From the NCBI GenBank assembly GCA_011109175.1, contig RDEW01000042.1, positions 473,168 through 506,167 on the forward strand: 33,000 nucleotides of DNA, read 5' to 3'. This document shows positions 32,524 to 33,000 of this stretch, one piece after another. Positions within the stretch are counted from its first letter, which is position 1, and the number at the start of each line of letters is the position of its first letter. Source of the stretch: Dicyema japonicum. Taxonomy: Eukaryota; Animalia; Dicyemida. The notes beneath the pieces are model-generated. The model was not told where the DNA came from and made no database searches. It was given only the letters and a program-made list of their open reading frames with translations. The position numbers were made by a program, and so were the translations under genes.

Positions 32524-32745
32524 TTAAATGACGAGACTTTCAATATTAATCTTTGAGTCTCTATATGGCACTTTGACTAATTTTTTCTCGGAGAGCGCAT
32601 TAATTACGTTTCCAAGAACTAGAAGGCCACTATTTATGTGGATTGATTTCTTTAGTAGAAGTCTATTGTTTCCTGTTTTATTAACTCGTTCTGATACTGC
32701 CAAGTCAACAAAATTCATTTTTTAGGACAAAATGTTGTATGTCAC
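32524..32745 (-). pseudogene. KIF27: Kinesin-4 (KIF7/KIF27-like) motor-domain fragment
   Basis: [48 protein letters not shown]. Switch II Gly is mutated to Val and there is a deletion after RDSKI. The subfamily call rests on ERVxKTGN and INSGLLxLGNVI. Confidence 0.85.
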
Positions 32746-32948
32746 AGTCTCTACCTCCAAAACATTCCATTTATGTTTTGCTAATATTGATAATTGAAAC
32801 TAGGGCAGAAATAATAGACAATTTTATTATTTTTCTATTTTTTAAAATTATTTTGTATTTTTAGAGTTTAAGTGTAAACTAAATATCACTAATACTTAAT
32901 CTGACCTTGGAATTCTTGAGTCATCTAGGGAATCGGATTTCTACACGA

Positions 32949-33000
32949 CCAGCAGACCTCAAAAGAGCTGCTGGTTTGTTTGAGCGAATTTCGCTCGCCA
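32949..33000. repeat. Hairpin-containing dispersed repeat, copy B (double hairpin)
   Basis: ACCAGCAGacctcaaaagagCTGCTGGT followed by ttgtttGAGCGAAtTTCGCTCgcca. Confidence 0.7.

Noticed and set aside
1-33000. rRNA, tRNA, CRISPR arrays or prokaryotic operons
   Set aside because: No such structure was seen; the content is eukaryotic with spliceosomal introns.

Overview
This is eukaryotic, AT-rich nuclear DNA from an animal: it carries a Disco/Basonuclin zinc-finger pair and a KIF7/KIF27-type kinesin piece. Spliceosomal introns are extremely short (mostly 21-25 nt), as in highly reduced parasitic animals such as dicyemids; the taxon is inferred, not shown. I found no clearly intact gene and no rRNA, tRNA or CRISPR. 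The window is a patchwork of 0.1-1.5 kb pieces separated by short, very AT-rich islands. The pieces are of three kinds. (i) Decayed, mostly intron-retaining fragments of unrelated host genes (calcineurin B, RTEL1/FANCJ-type helicase, RTCB, Disco/Basonuclin, KIF7/27-like kinesin), all on the minus strand. (ii) A long, divergent kinesin-like gene lacking the catalytic motifs, broken only by five same-sign 1-nt deletions with no premature stop. (iii) Relics of many transposon groups: CRE-like, RTE-like, other APE LINEs (one with a 2A-like peptide), R4/NeSL-like, Merlin, Ginger-like integrase, hAT and pogo-type ends. All translations and alignments were done by eye from remembered family motifs, so relic boundaries are approximate.
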